DNA of 63,758 bases, the filler included, from Reclinomonas americana ATCC 50394 (lineage: Eukaryota): NCBI GenBank assembly GCA_048213135.1. It is 14 parts of 14 records of this genome, joined end to end, with 100 filler letters (N's around TTAATTAATTAA, not from the genome) between each part and the next. Parts side by side here need not be neighbours in the genome. Positions count along the whole stretch, not along the records: positions 32,165 to 39,076 come from AFZH01018095.1; positions 39,177 to 48,707 come from AFZH01018096.1; 12 more parts are not named here. One strand, given 5' to 3'. The position numbers and the translations under genes were made by a program. Below the pieces are notes generated by a model that did no database searches, was not told the DNA's origin, and worked only from the letters and a program-made list of their open reading frames with translations. Positions 32,327 to 44,157 of the stretch are shown in pieces (positions within the stretch are counted from its first letter, which is position 1; the number at the start of each line of letters is the position of its first letter).

Positions 32327-35300
32327 ATGATGGCCGCGGTGGCCGCGGGCGGAGGCGGAGGCACAGCCACAACGCGTGCACCACCGACCGCGCTCTCACT
32401 CTCTCTTCGTTGCGCTCACTGCACTGTAACACACACATACGCCCATGCTGACTTCGGACTTTAGCCTCGTCGTCGGTGCTGACACAGAGCAACGCCACAC
32501 GGTACTATGTGCACTTTGGTGATGCCATTTCACTGGGCGAGTCGGCCTCCTCAGTGGCGTCGCTGATGGAGGGCGGAACATCGTCATCGGATGCTGTGGC
32601 CGCAGCGGCAGCGGCAGCAGCAGCAGCGGCCGCCGCTGCAGCCTCGTCGGCGATCAACGTTGGTGGTCGGTTCTTGTGCGAACGAGAGGAGATGGTGTGG
32701 GCCACTCAATGCGTCGTCATGATGATCAGGGGGTTGCTGCTGCTGCTGACTGCAGTCAATCATGGCAGGTGTGCATCGAGGACATGCAGCACGAGTCGTT
32801 TGAGCCGCTGCCGAGTGGCTTCTATGGCAACGTGTGGGAGATTGTGGACTCGCATCTCGATCTGCAGAGCACGTTGCGTGATGGAGGAAGCGCGTGGAGT
32901 CCTGCGAGTGTTCACTGACAGTCGATGCAGTGCGAACCCGGAGGACTTTGCAGCGTTTCGTCTCACATATGGCACACCGTTCCAGCTGCGGCACAAGCTG
33001 TCGAAAAAGTACTTGTCGCTGCGACGTGATGAGGTTCGTGTAGTCGTCGCCGACCGGCCAACAGCGAGTGTCACTGATCTCGCTTTGATGGTGTGAGCAG
33101 TTTGCGACCGGATCGGCCTCGTTGCGTGTGTCGCTAGTCGACGCCAGTGAGTCGCATCACGGGAGTGCCTTGTGGACATTTGTGCCGGGAACACGCGCTC
33201 GCAGTCGAGGCGGTCCAGTGTTTGTGCGCGACAGCTTGCTGATCATGAACACCGTTGCGCACACCATTCTCCCCCCGACCGTGGTGTGTATATATGTGTG
33301 TTATGCTGATCCACGTGTGGAGCACAGGGTACCAAGCTGTACCTGAATGCCGTGTCAGATCTGCCTGATGTGCGCATGTCGACGCTGATCTTTATGAGGA
33401 GGTGTGCGCTCATGTGAATGTGTGACTCTCTCTCTCTTACCGCTTACGATGCTACAGCTACCACACGGTGGTAAGCGGACCCGCGCCCAATACTCTCTGG
33501 ACGGTCCATCGATTTGCTCTTCGGCACACAATCCCGGATGCTCTTGAGGCATGTGTGTCGGTGTTGCTCTCCACGTAATTTTTTCGTCACACTGAGATGT
33601 GATGCTCCCCTTCTCTCCACCAGTACGGTCAGGCCTTTGCGCTGTACTTTACCGAAGACAATCGGTGCCTTCGAGCGACGCAGTACCGGTTGCAGATGGA
33701 CGACCTGCAGGTTGTGTATTGTTGTACATGTCTGGTAATCAATAGCAGTGGAAGACTGATGAAGCCGAGTGCACTGCAGGCCACGGATCTCTTTCTCAAC
33801 TCGGCTCTAACCGTAAAAGTCAATTCAGAGTCGATTCTGGACTGGTGGAGTTTCGAGCCGCTGCAGACACGCACCGGTGGTGTCATTCGGTGGTGCGCTT
33901 AGCCGACCACGTTCCTTCCGCGTTCTGGTGTTGATTCGCTCCGCCTGCAGGAACCAACAAGTGCGAATTCGACACGTGCTCTCCGGGCGCTATCTCGTGC
34001 TGATCAACAATGCCACTGACGACGGTGCGCCTTGCTGCAAAGTGAATGGAGTGGATGTGTGTGTGTCTCACTTGCGATGTTGCAGAGCCGGATGCCGTCG
34101 ACCTGGTGTTGGTCAATCTGCCAGAAGTGGACCAGGAGACACTTGGTGCGGTTGGTGTGCTTTTTCTGTGCTGGCCAACGTGTAGCCTCACACCGTGATG
34201 CAGATCTCATGGGCACATCCGATCGTCACGAGGCTGTGTGGATTCTTCGCCCGACCGGCGTCGTTGATGATCCCACGGCGCCTGTGTTGAAGGACTCGTT
34301 CTTTCTCGTGCAGGTGTGATGCGTGTGTGTGTTGTTCCTTCTTGCTTTGTTGCTCACATGCATCACCACGAACAGCACATGGATACCAAGTTGTTCCTGC
34401 GAGTGCTCACGGAGAGCGAAGGTGCCGCGGGGGTTCTTTCTGTGCGTGTGTGTCCGTCGCGTCGGCTGACTCTCCTGGTGCAGTGCGTCTGGCGGCACAA
34501 CGACAGGCAGACGAGGCTGCCAATGAGCTTGCCGAGTACGAGGACGAGTGGGAGTTTACAGTGAACGAGGCACGAGGTCAGAGAGCGGCTACTGCTGCGG
34601 CTGCGGCTGCTGTGCCAGGCGTGTCGCCGACTCCCGCAGATGCCGTCGCCGCCGGCAAGGTTTGTGCGGTCGCGTGTTCATGCACTTGTCGGCGTGTTTT
34701 GTTGTCTGTCTCACATCATGTTCTCGCATGCTTGTAGGCTGGTCGTCCACTCGGTGTGCGTAAGACGTCGACGTTGCACGATGCATGGAACGTGTCTGTC
34801 ATTCCACAGAGTCTGCTGGCGCACTACTATTCCATGGCCGAACGGTGTGTGTGACTGGTGATGCGCCTGGCGATGCCAGTTGAGCTGCTCACATCACGTA
34901 TCGCACAGGTTCGATCGTCTCGGCGTCATCATCAAGCACCTCACGCAAGATGCGAACTCGGCTGGAGGCTTCCGCATTGTAGAGATGGCCGTCATTATCA
35001 CTGGTAGCGACTGGCTGATTCCGCTTGCCGATGAAGTTGCGTTTCCTGCTTCCGTTCATGCAAGGACGAACAACTGACACGATGTGGTGCCAGGCTGACG
35101 CGCTGGCCGATTTCTTCAAGAGCCTCGGGCGACGAGGTCTCAAGAGTTGCGTCACACGTTGCGCTTGCATTGTTTCTTTCCGTGTTCGCGGTGTAACACG
35201 TGTGTGTGTATGCGCGCGCATTGCAGCCTTCCAGGACTTGCAGGCGACGGCAGTCGATGTGGCCGGCATTCAGTATGTTTTCAACATTCTGATCACGCTG

Positions 35301-38300
35301 AAGCTGACCATCTCCATCCAGAGTGCAGCCGAGGCTGTTGCGTCTCCGAGGCATGCAACGCCCTCGTCTTCACCTCTCATTCTAATGGTGTTCACGAGCA
35401 GGCACGCGACTATCGCATCGAGTTGGAGGATTTCCACAAGATGGTGGCCAACTCCGTGGATGCCGCGAGCGCGCTGCTGCGCGTTGTCCGTGCTGTGTGC
35501 AAGAAAAACGATGTCGCATCAGCGGTTCGCTCTGTTTGCACTCTTTTGTATTTTGGCACGAAGCTCACGTGGGCTGTGTGTGCACAGACGGTGTACAAGA
35601 ACCACCAGCTGCAGTTGTTTGAGCTCGTCAGCCGTTCCCTCGTCTCCAACGCGGCCGTCAGTACATTTGCTCTGTTGTATGCCAGCTCACACACTGTGTG
35701 CCGTGGTGTTAAGCAGGATCATGTTGCGTCACGCAAGCCGGGTGCACTTGCGCATCAACAAACACAATTCTGATTGTGCTGCACAGATTCACAAGTGGCT
35801 GGAGATGGCCTCCGAGAAACCACAGTTGGTGTCTGACTGTTTCCGTCTGGTGACTTTCATTTGCGGCGAGCCAGTCACTGCGCAGTCGTCGGCCACGCTG
35901 GATAGCGGTACGAAGCTTTGTGTTGATCGCTTCTTTGCAGACACTGACTAACGCAACGCTATTTTAGACGTCATTGAGCCGGAGCTGTATACCGTCGGTC
36001 GTGTGCAGCGTCGCTTGCTGAAGCGCAATCAAGCCATTGCTGGTGACATTCTCTTTTCACGATTCCCCGAGTTGCTGCAGAAATATGTGGTGTCGTTTGG
36101 CGACCGTGGTGGTGCGGCATTGCGTATGATCCCTCTATCCCGTATCTATTTAGTCGCTAACGCGGATAACGTGCGCAGATACTCCGGAACTGGTCGTCAG
36201 CATGTGGGAGGGGCGACAGGCGCGCGAACTACCGCTCCGATTTTTCACGAATTCGCAGTTTGTCAATGCGGCGTTGAAGCGGCGTACTCGCAAGTCGGGC
36301 CCTGCCGGTGCGGCGGGTGCCGACTTTTCGCCAGCCTTTGACGCCGCACAAGACATGGGCAGTCGACACATTGCCTTCCTAGATTTGGCTGTGGTTGAGT
36401 TCATCATGCGAAACAATAGTCCGTGCCCGCTTCGCTGTGCACTCACGCATGTGTATGTTTCCGCAGGTGCTTTGCTTGGAGCTGCAGCGAAACAACGAGG
36501 ACGAGCTGCGCAAGTTGTTCGAATTGCCGCATCTGCTGCATGCCATGGAGTTGCCACTCGACTCGACCATCCGAGCCAAGGTTTGACAAGTGTGGATCCG
36601 TAGCACAACGCACATGCAATGACACGGCCTTTGCAGATCATGGACATTATCACCAACATTTACGTCGAAACCGCTGACGTTGGTGTGTCGGCATTCGACA
36701 TCGAGACAGTCAAGGTCATTCACGATCGGCGACCAAGGTCATTTACGCCGCATGTGATTGTGCCCTTCCTTGTCACAAGAGAACTGACCTGTTTCGAGCA
36801 GACACATTCCACCGCTGTACAAGGACGAGTGCGAGCGGCTGATTGTCTTCACCACTCAATACTTGGAGCAGTTTGCTCAGCACATGTTGCGTGGAGAGAA
36901 ATGGAGTACCGACTCTTCCGAATGTTCATCTAATTGCTCTTCCGTGCATCAGTCAAGAGCGAGATCGACTGGAGCGCGCGGCAGAGCCGGCGGATCTGCC
37001 ACGTCGGTCGGCGATCGAGGCACCCTCGCCTGTGCGTCAAGCACAGCCGTCTGCTGCTGCAGGGTCTGCAGCGCCCGCTGCTTCTGGTGGTGTGGAAGGC
37101 GCTCGCGTGCCAACCACGCCGGAGCTGATTCTCGTCCAAGAGGTTGGCTGGCGACGAATGGAGATGTGTGACAGTATTTCGACTTGCTGACTTGCTTTGC
37201 GGCAGACCATTGAGCAACTGCCTTGCGTGCTGTCGGGTATTGAGGCATTGCACGGTCTGTTCCGGTACCAGCGTGGCTTTCTGCTCACGTCGCCGGATGT
37301 CATTACGCGCATTCTGGACAGCCTCTGCACGATTGTCGCGTGGAAGTTAAGTGCAGTGCCTATCGGATAGTCCAAGCTGCCGTGTGGTGGATTTTGGCTT
37401 ACGCTTTGCCTTGCTGTGCAGAGTGGCTCAGGTGCCGGCGTTGGAAGACGCGCCGAAAGGCAGCCCGGCGGCGCTGCTGAGTCGCATCAAGCGGCACATT
37501 TTTGATTTTATCCAGCTTATCATGGACATTCGCATGGATCTGGAAGTGCACAGCATCTTTATGAGGTACGCGGCCTCTTGATTGCAGTGTGCCGCGGCGT
37601 GTTTCTCACCACACCATCGTCCCCGTCACAGATTCCAGTCCAATATTCTGGAGTACCCCTCGTTGCCGCGGTTGCACCACTCGGAGGCATCTGAGTTTTT
37701 CGGTCTCGGCGGCTCGTGGACGGCGAGCAATCGAGAGGTCATTGAGTTCAGTCCGGACCACGAACTTCGCAAGCGCGCCATCTTGGCATCGTTCACCATG
37801 GTAACGCGGATTTATTGCGCAACGTGTTTGCCCACAGGCACTCACAGAGTGTGTGAATTCGTGCACAGCGCATGCACGGCCATCACACGCTCAACGAGAT
37901 TCGCAACGTGTTCATTCTGGTGGGTGACGACTCCAGTTCGCTGAAGCAGCGCTTGGCCACCATTGTGTCGGAGTTGTGGAGTATTGGCCTCAGTGAGAAG
38001 ACGCTGACGGACGGACTCAACAAGGTCTGTGCGAGGTGTCGTGCGTTCGTCGTGCTCCTCGATTGACGTGTCTCTTTTTTTGCGCGACAGGCATACCGAC
38101 TGCTGTCTGAGCTCGTCCGAGATCTAATTGTGTCGGCAGATGCGGAGGCCGACCAAGGCGATGCCATCAACTTGGACGGCGTGCCGAGCCGCCGCACGCA
38201 GCAGCTGATGCGTGAGATTCAGGTTGCGTATGCAGACTGTGGTTGTACTGTGTTTGTTTTTCTCAGGCATCCTCACTGACACACCGCCTCACGCGTAGGC

Positions 38301-41300
38301 CCATCGAGCCATTTTCCGCATCCTCTCGTTCCCGTACGAGAAGAAGTTCTTCAACGTGTACCGGCTTGCTTTCCACGCTCTGCGCCTCTTTGTGCGACAG
38401 AACTCCACCAACGCCGAGGCCATCCGCCCATTCTTCCCCATCATGATCGGCCACATGGCGCGCAATCTCAAGGTAGGGTGTCCGTTGATTGCAGTGATGA
38501 AACCCTGATTGCTTACACGGGTGCGAATGCCGCGACACAGGCTGCGCCGGTGTTTGTCGAAATGTTCTCCACCAGCCTCAACTCGGTGACGCAACTCAAG
38601 GACTCGGAAATCTTGCGCTTCTGCCGCCTGATCCTCGAGAACGAGCGTCAGCCGCGCTACGCCAAGCTGTTGAAGTTGCGATCAGTGTGGTTACGCGCGT
38701 TGCAGTCATGTGCGAGGTCGCGCATTCATCACGAGTGGATGCACAGGACGATTTGTGTCGTGAACGATCGCCCCGTGCCGCACAACCAGTCGGTGATTTT
38801 CGACTTTCTCATCAAGAATCAGAAGCGAACATTCTGCTTGTACCAGACACCCGAAGGTAACGCTGCGAGAGATGCACATTGAGAATGCATGAATGCCCTC
38901 ACTCGCACCATGCTGTTTGTGACTTGCAGAGCGAGCAATCCGTGATCAGCAGCTGCATGCGTCGCCTGGCGAGTCCGAGAGCGTGCTGTACTATCACTTC
39001 TCCTTTGTGGAGCTGCTGGCTGCGACAGCAGTCGGCTCCAACACGGAAATTGAGGTGCATTGCTCGACTTTGTGGTNNNNNNNNNNNNNNNNNNNNNNNN
39101 NNNNNNNNNNNNNNNNNNNNTTAATTAATTAANNNNNNNNNNNNNNNNNNNNNNNNNNNNNNNNNNNNNNNNNNNNCATGCATGACATGAACCCCGACGA
39201 AGTCGGTGGCGATGTGGATCAGTTTCACGGTGCGTTTTGTGCAACAGAGCGATACGCACACAATGGTGTCATGCATTGACTGGTGACGCTGCAGGATTGC
39301 TGGAGCACGAGGACGATGAGCAGCGACTGGCAGATGGACTGGATTTGTTGCAAGAGATGCTGGCCGAGAGCATGAATCAGTCGACGCCGCAGATCGAAGC
39401 GTGCGTCTTTATCTCGTATCTGTCTCCCTTTCCTCCCTTGTCTGCTCATGTTGTCTCTGCAGCGATGCAAGGCTGGTGTGGTCGCTCTACATCAAAGTGC
39501 TTCGGCGGCACTGGGAAGACGAACTCTTCGACGAGCGCATCGAGGGCGTGCGAGTGATTGCCCACATGAATGACACCACGCTGAAGGTTGCGAATGAGTC
39601 TCACGCGTGTATGTGTGCAGCACGACGGATGTACTCATCACGCCGCTTGTTGCATTTGTAGAATGTGATTGAGCAAGCGGATCTGGAGCGCAATGGCAAC
39701 CACGTTCCGCTGACCATGTTCATTCTCGATCTGATGAAGTATCTGTTGGTCGGCGACTACCGTCAGCAGTTGCGCTCGCCGGCGACCTCCTTCGAGGCAT
39801 TCGAGTCGGCCCAGAATGGCATGTTTGGCAGCGGCACATTCGCCGCGACCACTGCTCCGCTGTCGCCCACGTCGCTGGCCGGCGGTGACGCTCACCTGGG
39901 TGGCGACGGTCAGCCGCCTGTGCAGGTTGGCGCGGCTGCCGCCGCCGCAGCAGAGGAAGAAGTGGTGCCGGGGTAAGTGGGGTGGAGCATCGGCGCAAGT
40001 GTTTTTGTGTGCGTGTGTCTCGCTTGCTCACCGCCTTTCTTGTGCTTCCAGTGACGATGACATGCCGACGGTGTACGTCCAGTGGCAGACACGTTTGGAT
40101 CAGTTGGGCGGCACGCGAACTGTCATCTCTCTCCTGTCGACCACCAACCGAGCCGTGTTCCAGCGCGTTGCGTCGTTGTTGTGCTGTAGTCCTCCCATCT
40201 TCGATGTGCGCTGACTGTGTGTGTGTGTGTGGTGACTGCAGGCTGTCGAGACGCTTACGCTGCTGCTCCGTGGTGGCAACAAGAGCGTGCAGGCCACGGT
40301 GTTGCGCACGATTGAGGAGGCTGGCAACGAGGACGATGCTGGTTGGTGGTGGTGTCTGCTGCCGTGCACTTCAAACATTGATGCACACGGCTGATTGATT
40401 GACTCGTGCAGATACCAAGTCCGCCGATGGTGGCCGGCTCAGTTTGTTGCACGGCTTGCGAGAAATGATTCGGCGCACCGTCGACGAGAGCACTCGTCGA
40501 CCGTGGTGGCTGGAGATGCGCGAACGTTGCGAGGCTTGAGTCGTCAGAGTGCGAACATGCGCCTGCAGACTGATTCTTTCGTGCAGGGTACCATCGCGTC
40601 AAGTTTGTGCGTGCATTGCGAGAAGAAGAGCAGCGCGAAAGTGCCGCGCGACAGTCGGAGAGCACTGTGAACCTGCGAGTGCGTCAACTGGAAGTGTCGA
40701 CGTCCGAGTTTGAGACGCAGGAGGCGATTTTGAGAGTTTCGTCTCGTTCCCCTGAATTCGATGACACACAGTACACTCACAGGCGGTATGCAGTTTATCA
40801 AGGAGCTCTGCGAGGGACACAACCTGCAGAGTCAGGATGTGCTGCGTGAGCAGACGCACACCCGTATCAACATTCTACTCGCACTGTGCGAGTATCTGGA
40901 AACGCTGGTGCCTTCTGAACTGCCTGGTAAGTTCCTGGTTGTTCGTCACTCCTACTGTTACTGCAGTCGCCCTGGATGGCTGATGTTTCGTTGACAGATC
41001 TGAAAGACTATGGTTTGCTCGGTGAAAGTGGAACCGACCTGGCATTGTTGCGTGCACCAATTTCTCTGTCTCTCTCTTCTCCTCCATCTACCGTGGCTTA
41101 ACTTTATTACCAACGACAGACTGGTAGCCGACCGTATTGAGCGTCTGGGAGTTGCCTCGATCAAAGGTATCGAAACCATCTTCCAGCCCGTCTCTGTCCT
41201 CTTGGACACACTCACGGAGACCATCCAGGGTGTGTGCCCACGTGTTCCATTCGTTGACTTGCTTGTTTGTTACTGACTTGTGCATGTCGCACTCCCTCCT

Positions 41301-44093
41301 TTGCAGGACCATGCCTCGGCAACCAGACAGAGTTCCTCAGCGGCAGCGGGTTGCAGGCAGCCAAGAACCTCTTGCGGCTGACATGTTGAGTCAGTCCCAC
41401 GAGCTTGTGCGCATGCTTGAGCATGTCTGTGTCACTTACCACTGTGGTATCAGTCACCTTGGAGACGTTGTCGCGCACGGATGTGTGGCACAACCGCTTC
41501 TTTGAGATCTCGTATCTGTGGCGTACCACCACCGCCGAGCGTGTCGTATTCCAAAAGTGTTGCAAACTGCTGCTGGCCACACTTGAGGGTTGGTGCTGCT
41601 TCTTTGCTCGCTACCCTCCTCCTCCTCCGCACACGTCAGTGACATTGTCAACCTCCCTCGCCAGGACCCAACATGCTGCAGCATATCCGTGCCATCCGCA
41701 CCGGTGGTTTCATGGAAGTGCTGCGGTACAAGCTGGAGTCGTATGCTGGTCTCGTCGTGCGCACGCGTGGCCGTTCACGCTCCCTTGCTGACGAAATCAT
41801 GCAAGAGGTGTGTGTCAGTGTGCCTCGCCAAAAGCCAATGCACTCCTCACCGCCCCACTCGCACTCGCAGAGTATGATCTTCTACGTGCTGTTTTCGTAC
41901 CTCCTTGTCGACTTCCCGCCCGACAAGCAGGAGCGACACAAGAGTGATATTCAACTGCGCTCTGAGTTTGACCGGCGTCTGGGTCGCATTGAGATTTTGC
42001 GGTGCGTGAGTCTCTGCGCGTCTCTCTCGCCTCATTTCCTGTCACTTAGCATCTGCACGTTCAGTGACGACCGCGTGTTGCCGGTGATTTTCGCCAAGGA
42101 CACACTGAGCGAGGAGCTGCGCAAGGTCGATCGGACTGAGTTGTTGCAGTTACATCGATCGTCTCTCTGTGGTGCTTTGTGTGCTGCGTTTCCGACTGAC
42201 TTGGGGGAACGCGGCGCGACAGATCGGTAACCAAGGCCAAGGACTCGGAGCGGCTGCAGAGCTTCCACGCCGGTATCGAGATGACGTATGACAAGATGAC
42301 CATTCGACGGGAGCGCAAGCAGACGCGCTCGTACAAACTCTTGTCGCGCTACGTTGATGTGGGGTGCGTTCAGTGAGAGCCGTCGTGTTGCCTCGCGTTG
42401 CACTGCTAACACTTGTCCTCAGGCTCGTGCGCATCATCGGCAATCTGTTGTGCATACTGGTCAATATTCTCATGATCGCGTGGTCGGAGGTGCATCTCTC
42501 TCTCTTTCTCCATCGTCGAGCATCATCTCGCTTCTTCTCAACCTTCTTCTGTCTCTGTAGGTGGACGATGACACCAAGCCGCCATTATCTATTGCCATTT
42601 ACACATTCGGCATCATGCTCTTCCTGGCCCACGTGGCCGTCTTAGCCTCGTTCTGGACACTCGAGTTTCGCGTGTTCGGTGACAGTCTATACAAAGCACG
42701 CATCAGGCGTCTGCGTCGTCAGCGTGAGGACCGCAACTGGAATCCGAGCCCGAGTCGTGCGCGGGTGCGTCACATGCTTTCACGTGTTTGCTCTTGCCGC
42801 CCGTCCCGTAATCTTAACCGTTCGGTGCAGTGGATGCGAATCGTGGCTCATGTACAAAATCCACTACTTGTTTACATGTTTATTCTTGGTTTATGCTCGC
42901 TGTTGGGCCTCGTGCACACTTTTTATTGGTGAGCCGCCACCCCTTCTACATGGATAGAATTCTAGTACCCTCACTTCTTCTCCCTCTTCTTTCCTTTGCA
43001 GGTTTGCGGTGCCACTGGCCGACCTGGTCATCCAGTCGCAAGTGTTGGTCGGCGTGTTGCAGAGTATCAACAAGCCGCGCACGTCGTTCTTCCTCACGTT
43101 CCTGCTGCTGCTGCTTATCGTGTACGGATACGCGATTGTCGGCTACGTGTTCCTGTCGGACGAGATCTTTGCAGATCCAACAATGCGCACGCCGGGCACC
43201 GAGGTGTGCACGTCGGTTGGCCAATGCTGGCTGGCGCTGGTGGGACAAATCTCCAGTGGTGGCGACTTTTTGCGGCAGTCTCTGTCAGTCACCAGTCCAC
43301 TGCAAGTCCTCTACCAGCTCACCTTCTTCTTTGCGATTCTCGTCATTATCCTCAACATCCTCTTCGGTATCATTGTGTTGCGTCACCGGCATCACTTGAC
43401 TCGTTCTTGCCAGCGAGTGTGTGCTTTTTTGCTGACTTTGTTGCTTGCAGCGATACGTTCTCCGAGCTGCGTACGACTCGCGAGAGCATTCAGCGAGAAC
43501 TGAAGACGCGCTGTCTGGTGTGCGGTCTCGACAATGCGACTTTCGATCGCGAAGGCAACGGCTTCCAGCAGCATTTGTTCCGCGAACACCTGTTGTGGGA
43601 CTACGTGCATTACTACGCGCGTGTGATGGAGGCCAAGGCGCGAGGCGAGGACATTGACTTTGACGGCTACGAGTTGTACCTGTACGGTCGCTTCTTTGCC
43701 TCGGATATCGGTTTCTATCCGCTCAGTAGGTCGTACGCTCTGGAGCTGCGTGGGCGTGTGAACGAGGAGGACAACCGCGATGCAGTGGTGCGTCTGTTTT
43801 TCGTGTGTTGTTTCAGTCTCCGCTGTTTTTTGAGTTGACCACGCTCTCTGCAGGACCCGGCAACCGTGGTCAAAACGCTCACCTCCACTCTCGACTCGAT
43901 GGCCGAGCACCTCGAGGTCCTCGAGCAAGAGGTCCGCGCCAAGGAGCGGGTCATTGTGTCGTTGCATGGCCGAGTCGAGCAGCTGAATGCCTTGCTGCGA
44001 GAGCAAACCTCGGCCGTCGTCAATGCACAACTGCAGCGCCTACAACAGAATGCACGTCCAGGTGCCGGTGGAGTGTCGCCGGCGGCCGTGTGA
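32327..44093 (+). CDS. ITPR: Inositol 1,4,5-trisphosphate receptor / RyR-family Ca2+ release channel (about 50 exons, spans a gap)
   Basis: YVHFGDAISL, LTYGTPFQLRHKLSKKYL, VRIRHVLSGRYL (MIR), RRTQQLMRE, LLRGGNKSVQ, ILRFIKELCEGHNLQSQDVLREQ, TLTETIQGPCLGNQ, six TM helices, LNILFGIIVDTFSELR and CLVCGL..H..EH. Confidence 0.93.
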
Positions 44094-44157
44094 CCGTCGT
44101 CTTGACCAAGAGAAGGAGAATGAAATTTATTCCGCTTTGTTTATCATCATCATTATC

